Shown here piece by piece: positions 8,440-16,312 of a stretch of 64,000 nucleotides of DNA (position 1 is the first letter of the stretch; each line of letters opens with the position of its first letter). Under the pieces are notes generated by a model that saw only the letters and a program-made list of their open reading frames with translations, made no database searches and was not told the DNA's origin. The DNA is from an uncultured Solirubrobacteraceae bacterium (lineage in GTDB: Bacteria; Actinomycetota; Thermoleophilia; Solirubrobacterales; Solirubrobacteraceae). The translations under genes and the position numbers were made by a program. The stretch covers positions 1 to 64,000 of the forward strand of contig CAZPQW010000007.1 in NCBI GenBank assembly GCA_964588985.1, read 5' to 3'.

Positions 8440-9573
8440 ATGACCAGGACCAAGCGCCCGCCCGCAACGGGGGATCTGTGGGCGCGTTTGGGCGCCAAGC
8501 GCGTGGTGGTGTGCGTGGGTGCGGGGGGCGTTGGCAAGACGACCACCTCCGCCGCGCTCGCGCTGGGACTCGCGGCACGCGGGCGCAAGGTGGCGGTGGT
8601 GACGATCGATCCGGCCAAGCGTCTGGCCTCGGCGCTGGGCCTGGAGGAGCTCGCGAGCGAGCCGGTGCGGATCGAGGCGCAGACGCTCTCGCGAGGGGGC
8701 CTCGAGGTGAAGGGCGAGCTGTGGGCGATGATGCTCGACGCGAAGCGCACGTTCGACGAGATCATCGCGCGCCTCGCGCCCGACGAGCACGCTCGCGAGG
8801 AGATCCTCGCCAATCCCGTCTACCGCGAGCTCTCGACCGCCGTCGCCGGATCGCACGAGCTGAGCGCGATCGCGAAGCTCTACGAGCTGTACGAGGAGCA
8901 CGACTTCGACACGATCGTGCTCGACACGCCGCCGTCGCGCAACGCGCTGGACTTCCTCAACGCGCCGAACCGCCTGCTGGGCTTCCTGGAAGGCCGAGCG
9001 CTGCAGGTGTTCCTCGCGCCCGGAGGGCTGACCGCGCGCCTGTTCGGACGCGGCACGGCATTGGTGTTCGCGATCTTCGCGCGCGTCACCGGCGTGGACA
9101 TGCTCGGCGAGCTGTCGCGGTTCTTTCGCTCGCTCAGCGGCGTCATCGACGGCTTCGGCGAGCAGACGCGAGGTGTGGCCGCGCTGCTGCGCGACGAGCA
9201 CACCACTTTCGCGATCGTCACCTCGCCCGAGGTGGAGCCGGCGCGCGAGGCGCGCTTCATGGCGGAGCAGCTGGCGGCGAACGGAATGGAGGTCGGCGAG
9301 CTGATCGTCAACCGCGTGCACGAGCACGGCCTCGACGGTCACTCGGCGGAGGACGTGGCGAGCCTGCTGGCGCCGAAGCTGGGCGAGGGATTGGCGGGGC
9401 GTGCGGCGAGCAACCTCGCGGACTACGACGTGCTCGTGCGGGGCGACGCCGAGACGATCGAGCGCCTGTCCGGCATGCTGGCGGGCCGCGCGCCGATCCT
9501 GGTCCCCCAGCTAGATGAAGATGTCCAGGATCTCCTCGTTCTGGACAAGATCGCCGAACACCTCTTCGCCTGA
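8440..9573 (+). CDS. ArsA/GET3-family ATPase (Rv3680-like)
   Basis: GAGGVGKTT, TIDPAKRLASALG, MMLDAKRTFD, VLDTPPSRNALDFLNAP. Confidence 0.9.
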   Translation: MTRTKRPPATGDLWARLGAKRVVVCVGAGGVGKTTTSAALALGLAARGRKVAVVTIDPAKRLASALGLEELASEPVRIEAQTLSRGGLEVKGELWAMMLDAKRTFDEIIARLAPDEHAREEILANPVYRELSTAVAGSHELSAIAKLYELYEEHDFDTIVLDTPPSRNALDFLNAPNRLLGFLEGRALQVFLAPGGLTARLFGRGTALVFAIFARVTGVDMLGELSRFFRSLSGVIDGFGEQTRGVAALLRDEHTTFAIVTSPEVEPAREARFMAEQLAANGMEVGELIVNRVHEHGLDGHSAEDVASLLAPKLGEGLAGRAASNLADYDVLVRGDAETIERLSGMLAGRAPILVPQLDEDVQDLLVLDKIAEHLFA

Positions 9574-10899
9574 GGCGGCCGCGACGGGCATCGCCCGTAC
9601 GGTGAGCTCCTCGGGCTGAGGCTCGGGCTCGCGCTCGGGCCCGGATTCGAGCAGGATGCGGTCGGCGAGCGCGACAAGATCGGCTGTGAGGTGCCCGCAG
9701 ATCACGTCGCGCAGCAGGGCGCGCAGATGGTCGGCGATCTCCTTTGCGAGGATCTCTCCGCCGGCGTGCTCGACGACGCTGCCGTCCACCACGGCGCGCT
9801 CGAGCGCGATCGCCTGGAAGGTCCGCTCGGCCAGGTGCGGACGCTCCTCGGCGGTGGCGCACAGCGCCGCGAGGCGCGTGGCGAGCAGTGCGCTGCCGGA
9901 TCCTTCCGGCTCGACCTCGTGTGGTCGTGTGAGCAGCGCTCGCAGGGCAAGCAGGTGGTCGGTGAGGGCTTCGTAGGGGCTCGGCCGCTCGCAGCCGAGC
10001 TCGAAGCGCTGAAGCGCCCACGCGAGCTCGTTGCCGTGCGGCGCGCGCCGTGAGACGAGGTTGCAGAAGCCGCGCAGCTCGTCCTCCTGCTCGACGCCCA
10101 CCACGAGCAGGCCGCGGGGTCGCCCCCCGGCTCCGAGCGCGGTCGCGTTCCACGAGCCGGCGCCCACGCGCACCCAAGCGAGCGCGCCGAGCGTGACGCG
10201 TCCGTCGCCGAACAGGCGCAGCGCGCGCAGCAGATCCTTCAACACCTCGCGTCCGCGCGCGATCGCCTCGCGCGCGTCGTCCTCGTCGAGGGCGAGCACC
10301 ACGACCAGGTGACCGCTGCCGTCCTCTTCGCTCGTCGCGAGCGCGCCCGGGGGCAGCCCCTCGAGCGCGGTCGGCTGGGCGATCGTGAGGCCCTTCGTCA
10401 GAGGGATCTCCGCCGAGCTGACGATCAGTCCGTGCAGGGTCGCCACGAGCGTCACCTCGCTGGAGCTCCCGAGCGTCGACTGCTCGAGTCGATCGAGCGC
10501 CGCCTGCAGGCGCTCGGGGCGCAGCTCGAAGTCGGTCTGCTCGGCGAACACCTCGCGCAGCATCGAGCCGATCGCGGCGCGCACGCCCGCGCTCCCGGAC
10601 GTGCGTCCGATGTCCACGCCGATGCTCGTCAGGTAGCGGTCGAGCCCGTCGAAGCCCGCGAGCAGCGTGGCCGCCTCGGTGTAGCTCGGCAGACGCTCGA
10701 GCGCGATCGCGCGCTCGGCGATGAACTCGCCGGTGAGTGGCTGGTAGCAGTACAGCGCCGGAGTACCGGAGCGCCTGCGCCCGCTCTGCTGGGCGAGTTC
10801 GAATCCGACCTCCGCACCGGCGGCGATCTCGGCGTGGAGGAGCGCGGCCGCGTCCTCCACGAACTGACTCAGGGCTGCTTGAAGCTGGAGTGAACGCAT
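9511..10899 (-). CDS. Hypothetical protein with a possible degenerate Apea-like HEPN C-terminal domain
   Basis: Long ORF with host-like codon bias. C-terminus WALQRFE...ALTDHLLALRALL...LATRLAAL...ERAVVDG resembles the HEPN helical pattern. Confidence 0.65.
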   Translation of the reverse strand: MRSLQLQAALSQFVEDAAALLHAEIAAGAEVGFELAQQSGRRRSGTPALYCYQPLTGEFIAERAIALERLPSYTEAATLLAGFDGLDRYLTSIGVDIGRTSGSAGVRAAIGSMLREVFAEQTDFELRPERLQAALDRLEQSTLGSSSEVTLVATLHGLIVSSAEIPLTKGLTIAQPTALEGLPPGALATSEEDGSGHLVVVLALDEDDAREAIARGREVLKDLLRALRLFGDGRVTLGALAWVRVGAGSWNATALGAGGRPRGLLVVGVEQEDELRGFCNLVSRRAPHGNELAWALQRFELGCERPSPYEALTDHLLALRALLTRPHEVEPEGSGSALLATRLAALCATAEERPHLAERTFQAIALERAVVDGSVVEHAGGEILAKEIADHLRALLRDVICGHLTADLVALADRILLESGPEREPEPQPEELTVRAMPVAAASGEEVFGDLVQNEEILDIFI

Positions 10900-10973
10900 G
10901 GTGCGCTCACTTCGCGATCGCCGCGGACGCTCCTGCCCGGCGCACCCTCTCTTGCAGCTTCAGCGCGAGGATT

Positions 10974-11327
10974 TCAGGCGATGACGAGCGTCTGCGCGTC
11001 AGGCAGATCAGCGCACTCGGCGCCCAACCAATGTTCGCCATAGGCGCGCATGTCGTCCACGATCGGCAGCAGCGCGCGGCCCTTCTCCGTCAGCGCGTAC
11101 TCCACGCGCGGCGGCACCTCTGGGAAGGTGTGGCGCTCGACGATCCCCTCCTCCTCGAGCGCCCGGAGGCGCAGCGAGAGGGTACGCGGGCTGATGCCCG
11201 CCAGCGAGCGTTCCAGCTCGCAGAAGCGCGACGTGCCAGCGGCGAGGTCCCGGACGAGCAGGAGAGTCCACTTGCCGCACACGATCTGCGCGGTCATGCA
11301 CACGGGACAGGTCTCGTCAACGGCCAT
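10974..11327 (-). CDS. HxlR-family winged-helix transcriptional regulator
   Basis: CPV...GKWTLLLVRDL...RFCELERSLAGISPRTLSLRLRALEEEG...PPRVEYALTEKG. Confidence 0.95.
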   Translation of the reverse strand: MAVDETCPVCMTAQIVCGKWTLLLVRDLAAGTSRFCELERSLAGISPRTLSLRLRALEEEGIVERHTFPEVPPRVEYALTEKGRALLPIVDDMRAYGEHWLGAECADLPDAQTLVIA

Positions 11328-11625
11328 TTCAACCGTTACTTTACCAACTGAAGTAGCCGAGAGCGGTCCATCGCGACGCGACGCCGATCGATCCGGCGAT
11401 TCCGGCGAGATCCCTCAACGCGTCTCCATCTCCGCATGAGATTCGGATCTTCGAAACCCCTGCTTGTCGATGGGTTTCTGGACCAACGGACGCTGCCCGC
11501 GAGCATCGACGCGCAGCCATCGCTTGCCGGATGCCCATTCGATTGTTAGACCGTCGCTGCCCGCGCCTGCGGCACACGGGCGGGAGACGGCAGCGCGCCG
11601 CATCACGCGAGAAGAGGAGCCACAC

Positions 11626-12369
11626 ATGCAAAGCAAGGGATCCATGAAGCTGGTGTTTGCCACGGCGCTGGCGTTGACCGCGCTCGCCGCGAGCGTCGCT
11701 CAGGCCACGGAAGGGCCGTTCTTCAAAGTCGAAGGCAAAACCCTGAAAGCCGGAGAAACGCGCGAAGCGCTCGTTACGGTCAAAGAAACGTTCGTTCTCG
11801 AAGCGAAAGTCACGGGCCAGGTGATCACCTGCCAGGGGGTCACGTACTCGAGCCCTTCCTTCGAAGTCTTATCGAGCAAAGTAACCCACCTGCGCGCCTC
11901 GGCGCTTGAATTCTCCAGCTGCACAGTCACCGGCAACGGCACCAAATGTGCCGTGCAGAGCGGGAAAATCACGACGAACCCGGTTGTCGGCACCGCCGGC
12001 TATGCCAACTCGAATCGGACGGGACAGATCCTCGGCCTGATCGAACCTCAGACCGGCAAAAGCTTCGGGGAAATCAAATTCGTGCCCGAAGCTGGCGGCA
12101 GCTGCACCTTCTCGAGCACATCGGCGAGCGGCACCATGATCGGCGAAGCGTTCGTCGCGGGGAAAATGGTCAAGGTTGGAGAAAACGAAATCGAAACCAT
12201 CAAAGGCGAACTCCACTACACCAAATCGAGCAAAGCGATCTGGATCGAAAACGGGACCACGGTGAAAGAAACCAAAGGGCGACTGGAAGCGTTCGGCGCC
12301 ACCGTGACCCTCTCCGGACAGGTCAGCATCGAACTGACCACACATGAAAGATGGGGGATCTTCACCTGA
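11626..12369 (+). CDS. Secreted beta-rich hypothetical protein
   Basis: GAGGAG RBS, Sec signal ending AQA, four Cys, Thr/Gly/Lys/Glu-rich, lower GC than flanks. Confidence 0.8.
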   Translation: MQSKGSMKLVFATALALTALAASVAQATEGPFFKVEGKTLKAGETREALVTVKETFVLEAKVTGQVITCQGVTYSSPSFEVLSSKVTHLRASALEFSSCTVTGNGTKCAVQSGKITTNPVVGTAGYANSNRTGQILGLIEPQTGKSFGEIKFVPEAGGSCTFSSTSASGTMIGEAFVAGKMVKVGENEIETIKGELHYTKSSKAIWIENGTTVKETKGRLEAFGATVTLSGQVSIELTTHERWGIFT

Positions 12370-12403
12370 GAGCCGGGCGGAGCCGCGGCGCTATCCTGGA
12401 TGG

Positions 12404-12529
12404 ATGATTCTCGCGGTCGCCGGTCCGGCAATCATCGGCGTGGTGGTCGCCTGCGCGCTGTTGCTCGCGTGGGCGCTGCTGCGCGTCGAGATGCGCGACG
12501 ACGCCGAGGACGACGCCGATCGGCAGTGA
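12404..12529 (+). CDS. Small single-TM membrane protein (41 aa)
   Basis: MILAVAGPAIIGVVVACALLLAWALLR followed by an acidic tail; TATCCT hexamer 6 nt before ATG. Confidence 0.55.
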   Translation: MILAVAGPAIIGVVVACALLLAWALLRVEMRDDAEDDADRQ

Positions 12530-12533
12530 GCGG

Positions 12534-13697
12534 CTAGGCGACGAGCGAGGAGCTCGTCGGGGGAAGCTGAGATTCGAGGTCGCGGTTGGCCTCCGCGGAG
12601 GCGACGTCCTCCATCGTCGTGCCCCTGCGTCCGTCGGCCTGCATCAGCAGCTTGAAGTCGTGCGGGCTGGAGGCGACGCGCATGGCGTCCTCGAAGGTCA
12701 CGCGACCGGCCTTGACGTGGCCGAACAGAGCCTGGTCGAAGGTCTGCATGCCGTAGTAGGCGCCGGAGGTGATCACCTCGACGAGCTTGCCCGTCTGCGT
12801 GGGGTCGAGGATCATGTCGCGCACTCGGCCAGTCATCCGCAGGATCTCGCACACGGCGACCCGTCCCCCTTCCGCGCCGGGAACCAGGCGCTGGGAGATG
12901 ACGCCCTTGACGGTGCCCGCGATCATGCTGCGAGCCTGGGCGTGCTGGTGGGGCGGGAAGAAGTCCAGGAGCCGGTTGATTGACTCGGTGGCGTCGACGG
13001 TGTGGATCGTCGACAACACCAGGTGGCCGGTCTCGGCGGCCGACAGCGCCGTCTGCACGGTCTCCTCGTCGCGCATCTCCCCCACCAGGATCACGTCCGG
13101 GTCCTGACGCAGCACCCTGCGCAGGGCGCGCTTGAAGGACGCGGTGTCCATGCCGACTTCACGTTGGTTGATCGCGGAGCGCTTGTCCGAGTGCACGAAC
13201 TCGATCGGGTCCTCGATCGTCACGATGTGCTTGCTCATCGTGTTGTTCATGTGGTCGATCATCGCCGCGAGCGTGGTCGACTTTCCGGAGCCGGTCGTGC
13301 CTGTGAGAAGGATGATCCCGCGCTCCTCTTCGGCGAGTTCGCGGATCACCACCGGCAGCGAGAGCTCTTCGATCGTGCTGATGCGGTGGGGGATCGCGCG
13401 GCAGACGAGCGACGTCAGCCCGCGCTGCTGGAAGGCGTTGATCCTGAAGCGCGCGACACCCTCGATTTCATAGGAGAAGTCCACCTCGTGCTCGAGGGAG
13501 AACTCTTCGAGCTTCAGCGGGTCGCTCAGCAGCGTCTTGAGCGCGCCGTTGGTGTCGTCGCTCGTCAGATCGTCCGCGCCCGAGTCGTGCGCGAGGTCGC
13601 CGTGCACGCGGAACAGCGGCGCCGCGCCGACCTTCAGGTGTAGATCCGATCCCTCTTTCGCAACCAGGTCGCGCAGAGCGCTGAGCACATCGAACAT
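12534..13697 (-). CDS. pilT: Type IV pilus retraction ATPase, PilT/PilU family
   Basis: GSDLHLK, GTTGSGKSTT, TIEDPIE, LRQDPDVILVGEMRD, AETGHLVLSTIHT, GMQTFDQAL. Confidence 0.93.
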   Translation of the reverse strand: MFDVLSALRDLVAKEGSDLHLKVGAAPLFRVHGDLAHDSGADDLTSDDTNGALKTLLSDPLKLEEFSLEHEVDFSYEIEGVARFRINAFQQRGLTSLVCRAIPHRISTIEELSLPVVIRELAEEERGIILLTGTTGSGKSTTLAAMIDHMNNTMSKHIVTIEDPIEFVHSDKRSAINQREVGMDTASFKRALRRVLRQDPDVILVGEMRDEETVQTALSAAETGHLVLSTIHTVDATESINRLLDFFPPHQHAQARSMIAGTVKGVISQRLVPGAEGGRVAVCEILRMTGRVRDMILDPTQTGKLVEVITSGAYYGMQTFDQALFGHVKAGRVTFEDAMRVASSPHDFKLLMQADGRRGTTMEDVASAEANRDLESQLPPTSSSLVA

Positions 13698-13704
13698 GCC
13701 CAGC

Positions 13705-13732
13705 TGATCGGCAGCCGCGAGCGAAGCCTTGA
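13705..13732 (-). promoter_or_regulatory. Putative sigma-28 (FliA/WhiG/SigD-type) promoter of pilT
   Basis: Minus strand reads TCAAG-N15-GCCGATCA, ending 7 nt before the pilT ATG. Confidence 0.6.
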
Positions 13733-13757
13733 GTGCGGCCAGGAGCCGTGGACGAAA

Positions 13758-14861
13758 CTAAGCGACGTCGCGGAGCTTCTGGGCCTCCGCGAGCGACTGC
13801 AGCTTCTTCAGCGACTGGTTCTCGATCTGACGGATCCGCTCGCGCGTGACGTTGAACGTGCGGCCGACCTCGTCCAGCGTGCGCGGGTGCTCGCCGCCGA
13901 GGCCGTAGCGCAGCTCCAGCACGCGGCGTTCGCGGTAGGAGAGGTTCTCCAGCGCCTCGCGCAGAGCCTCCTTGGTGAGGATCTCAGCGGCGCGCTCGTA
14001 GGGCGACTCGGCGCGCTCGTCCGCGATGAACTGGCCGAACTCGGACTCCTCCTCGTCTCCCACCGGCTTCTCCAGCGAGACCGGGGCCTGCGCTGAGCGC
14101 TTGATCGAGTCGACCTCCTCGGGGTCGATCCCGGTCACCTCCGCGATCTCGTCGGCGGTGGGCTCGCGGCCGAGCTCGGTCACGAGCTTGCGCTCCGCGC
14201 GGCCGATCTTGTTGAGCTTCTCCACCACGTGCACCGGGATGCGGATCGTGCGCGCCTTGTCGGCGAGCGCGCGGGCGATCGCCTGACGGATCCACCAGGT
14301 CGCGTAAGTGGAGAACTTGAAGCCCTTGCGGTAGTCGAACTTCTCCGCCGCGCGGACGAGGCCGAGCGTGCCCTCCTGGATCAGGTCGAGGAACGGCAGC
14401 CCCTGGTTGCGGTAGTTCTTCGCGATCGACACCACCAGACGCAGGTTCGACTCGACCATCTTCTGCTTCGCGTCGAGATCGCCGCGCTCGATCCGCTTCG
14501 CCAGATCGACCTCCTCCTGGGCGGTCAGCAGGCGCACCTTGCCGATGTCCTTGAGGAACAGCTGCAGCGAGTCCGTCGTCATGTCCGGCTTCAGGTCGAG
14601 CGCCGTTTTGGCTTTGCGCCGGCCGCGCTTGTCGGGCGCACGCTCGACCAGGGAGGCCGCCGCTATCGCGGGGTCGATCTCCTCCACGAGCTCGATCTCC
14701 GATTTCTCGAAGAAGCCGTGCAGCTCCTCGACATCGGACTCGTCCAAGTCGAGCTCGGATACGGCTTTCGTTATCTCCGCGTAGGAGAGAACGCCCACCT
14801 GCTGGCCCTTGGCCAGCAGACCCTTGACCTCATCCAGCTCCTGCAGCTCGACTACTGACAT
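13758..14861 (-). CDS. rpoD: RNA polymerase sigma-70 factor, RpoD/SigA type
   Basis: Region 1.1 [16 protein letters not shown], 1.2 [11 protein letters not shown], region 2 [10 protein letters not shown]...DLIQEG...[12 protein letters not shown], 4.2 TLDEVG...[10 protein letters not shown]. Alternative start at 14873. Confidence 0.9.
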   Translation of the reverse strand: MSVVELQELDEVKGLLAKGQQVGVLSYAEITKAVSELDLDESDVEELHGFFEKSEIELVEEIDPAIAAASLVERAPDKRGRRKAKTALDLKPDMTTDSLQLFLKDIGKVRLLTAQEEVDLAKRIERGDLDAKQKMVESNLRLVVSIAKNYRNQGLPFLDLIQEGTLGLVRAAEKFDYRKGFKFSTYATWWIRQAIARALADKARTIRIPVHVVEKLNKIGRAERKLVTELGREPTADEIAEVTGIDPEEVDSIKRSAQAPVSLEKPVGDEEESEFGQFIADERAESPYERAAEILTKEALREALENLSYRERRVLELRYGLGGEHPRTLDEVGRTFNVTRERIRQIENQSLKKLQSLAEAQKLRDVA

Positions 14862-15100
14862 TCGTGTTTCCATTTCTTCCGTCGATCGACAACCCGGAGG
14901 CGCCCGCATGGGGGCCCCGCGCATGGCTACGGCTTCTCACAAGCTCTTCCGTCGGACATACGGCCGCAGGCCCGCCGACGTTACATCTCAAAGTCGGTCC
15001 TCCGGCCCCCCATGCTAACGCGTCGCAGCCGATTTCGGACATGTTGTCGGTCGGGTTGCAGGTCTGTGCGGCACTCCCCGCGTTAAGCAATGATGTGCTC

Positions 15101-15601
15101 GTGAGCGTGCCAAGCGAGAGCAACGGCCGGCCGAGCGCCCCCCCTGAGGCCTCGAGCGTCCTTTCCAACCTTCCTCGCACCCGCCCACAGCGCTCGACGC
15201 CTCGCAGGACCGCCGCACGCAAGGCAATGACATCTGGGGCCGCGCAGACCGCCCCAGCTGTGTCCAATGGGCGCGCCGCCACCCCCCGGACCCGGGCCAA
15301 GGCGCCGACAGCCTCCGTCGCCGCGAAGCCGGAGAGGCCCACGCCGAGCCGCAAAGCGGCCGCCAAGCCCCGCGTGCGCAGCTCCCCGAAGCGTGCGTCA
15401 AAGGCCGCGCCGGAGCTCGAGCCGGTGCCGCTGCAGGGCTTCGAGTCCGAAAACGACCGAGCGCGCGGGCCGGTCCATCCCCCAGGCGGAGCCGAGCTCG
15501 TGACCTCCGCGATCGAGGTCATCGGAGAGCTCGCCAAGTCGGGGCTCTCGACCGGTGAGCGGCTGCTCAAAGACGTGCTCTCGCGCCTGCCGCTCTCCTG
15601 A
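15101..15601 (+). CDS. Hypothetical protein, basic Ala/Pro/Arg/Lys-rich with an amphipathic C-terminal helix
   Basis: VLSNLPRTRPQR...KAAAKP...PVHPPGGAELVTSAIEVIGELAKSGL...VLSRLP; start uncertain (GTG 15101 or 15107). Confidence 0.65.
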   Translation: MSVPSESNGRPSAPPEASSVLSNLPRTRPQRSTPRRTAARKAMTSGAAQTAPAVSNGRAATPRTRAKAPTASVAAKPERPTPSRKAAAKPRVRSSPKRASKAAPELEPVPLQGFESENDRARGPVHPPGGAELVTSAIEVIGELAKSGLSTGERLLKDVLSRLPLS

Positions 15602-15635
15602 GTGCTCGCTCGAGACCGTCTGTATACTGCTGCGC

Positions 15636-15778
15636 ACGCCGAGCCGCTGCGGCACTGATCGCGGCGGACGGGGGACCCAATGCGGATCGACGTGATCCGC
15701 GGGGGCGAATCGGCCCATCCAGGGCCGTAGCGCAGCACTTACGTGCAGCGCGAGCCCGTCAGCTCACCCCGTAGGCGT
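15636..15778 (+). ncRNA. c-di-AMP (ydaO/yuaA) riboswitch
   Basis: Hallmark blocks GCCGAG, ACGGGGGACCCA, GGGGGCGAATC, GTAG, CCCGTCAGCTCACCCCGTAGGC. P1 ACGCC (15636-15640) pairs with GGCGT (15774-15778). TATACT -10 at 15623-15628; precedes a cell-wall enzyme. Confidence 0.9.
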
Positions 15779-15786
15779 CGAACACG

Positions 15787-16302
15787 ATGCGATCGAACGT
15801 CAACACAGCTACGACCCTGCTCGCCCTGCTCGCGGGAGCTCTCAGCATGGCCATACCCGCGAGCGCGGCCGCCAGCACCGGTGGCGCCGCCGCGCCGTCG
15901 GGCAAAGTCGCCAGCCAGTCGCCCACCAAGCCGAAGGTTCGCCCGACCGCGCTTGCCACGTGGTTCGGCCCGGGCTTCTACGGCAAGCAGACCGCCTGCG
16001 GACAGACGCTCACCCCGGCGGTCGTCGGCGTCGCCAACCGCACGCTGCCCTGCGGCACCCTCGTGAAGGTCACCTACGGCTCGCACGCGGTGACGCTGCC
16101 GGTGCTCGACCGCGGCCCCTACGGAGGCATCGGCGCCGATTGGGATCTGACGGCTGGAGCGGCCGAAGCGCTCGGCATCGCCGACACCGTCCGCATCCAC
16201 GCGCGCGTTGTCGGCAGCACCCCCAACGTCGCCACCCTCGGGCTTCCACCCAGCTCGCCGACGTCGACCTCCGCCCTCGCGGGCGGAGCTCAGGCCGGCT
16301 GA
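15787..16302 (+). CDS. rlpA: RlpA-family (DPBB) lytic transglycosylase-like secreted protein
   Basis: Signal peptide, then ATWFGPGFYGKQTACG...VANRTLPCGTLVKVTY...VLDRGPY...DLT. Confidence 0.88.
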   Translation: MRSNVNTATTLLALLAGALSMAIPASAAASTGGAAAPSGKVASQSPTKPKVRPTALATWFGPGFYGKQTACGQTLTPAVVGVANRTLPCGTLVKVTYGSHAVTLPVLDRGPYGGIGADWDLTAGAAEALGIADTVRIHARVVGSTPNVATLGLPPSSPTSTSALAGGAQAG

Positions 16303-16312
16303 GAAACCCAGA

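Noticed and set aside
8440-9573. Arsenite-resistance ArsA
   Set aside because: Single ATPase domain, no arsB/C/R neighbours; matches the Rv3680/GET3-like type.
11453-11478. GAAACCC-N12-GGGTTTC inverted repeat as a terminator or IS end
   Set aside because: Short stem, long loop, no U-tract and no transposase; function cannot be supported.
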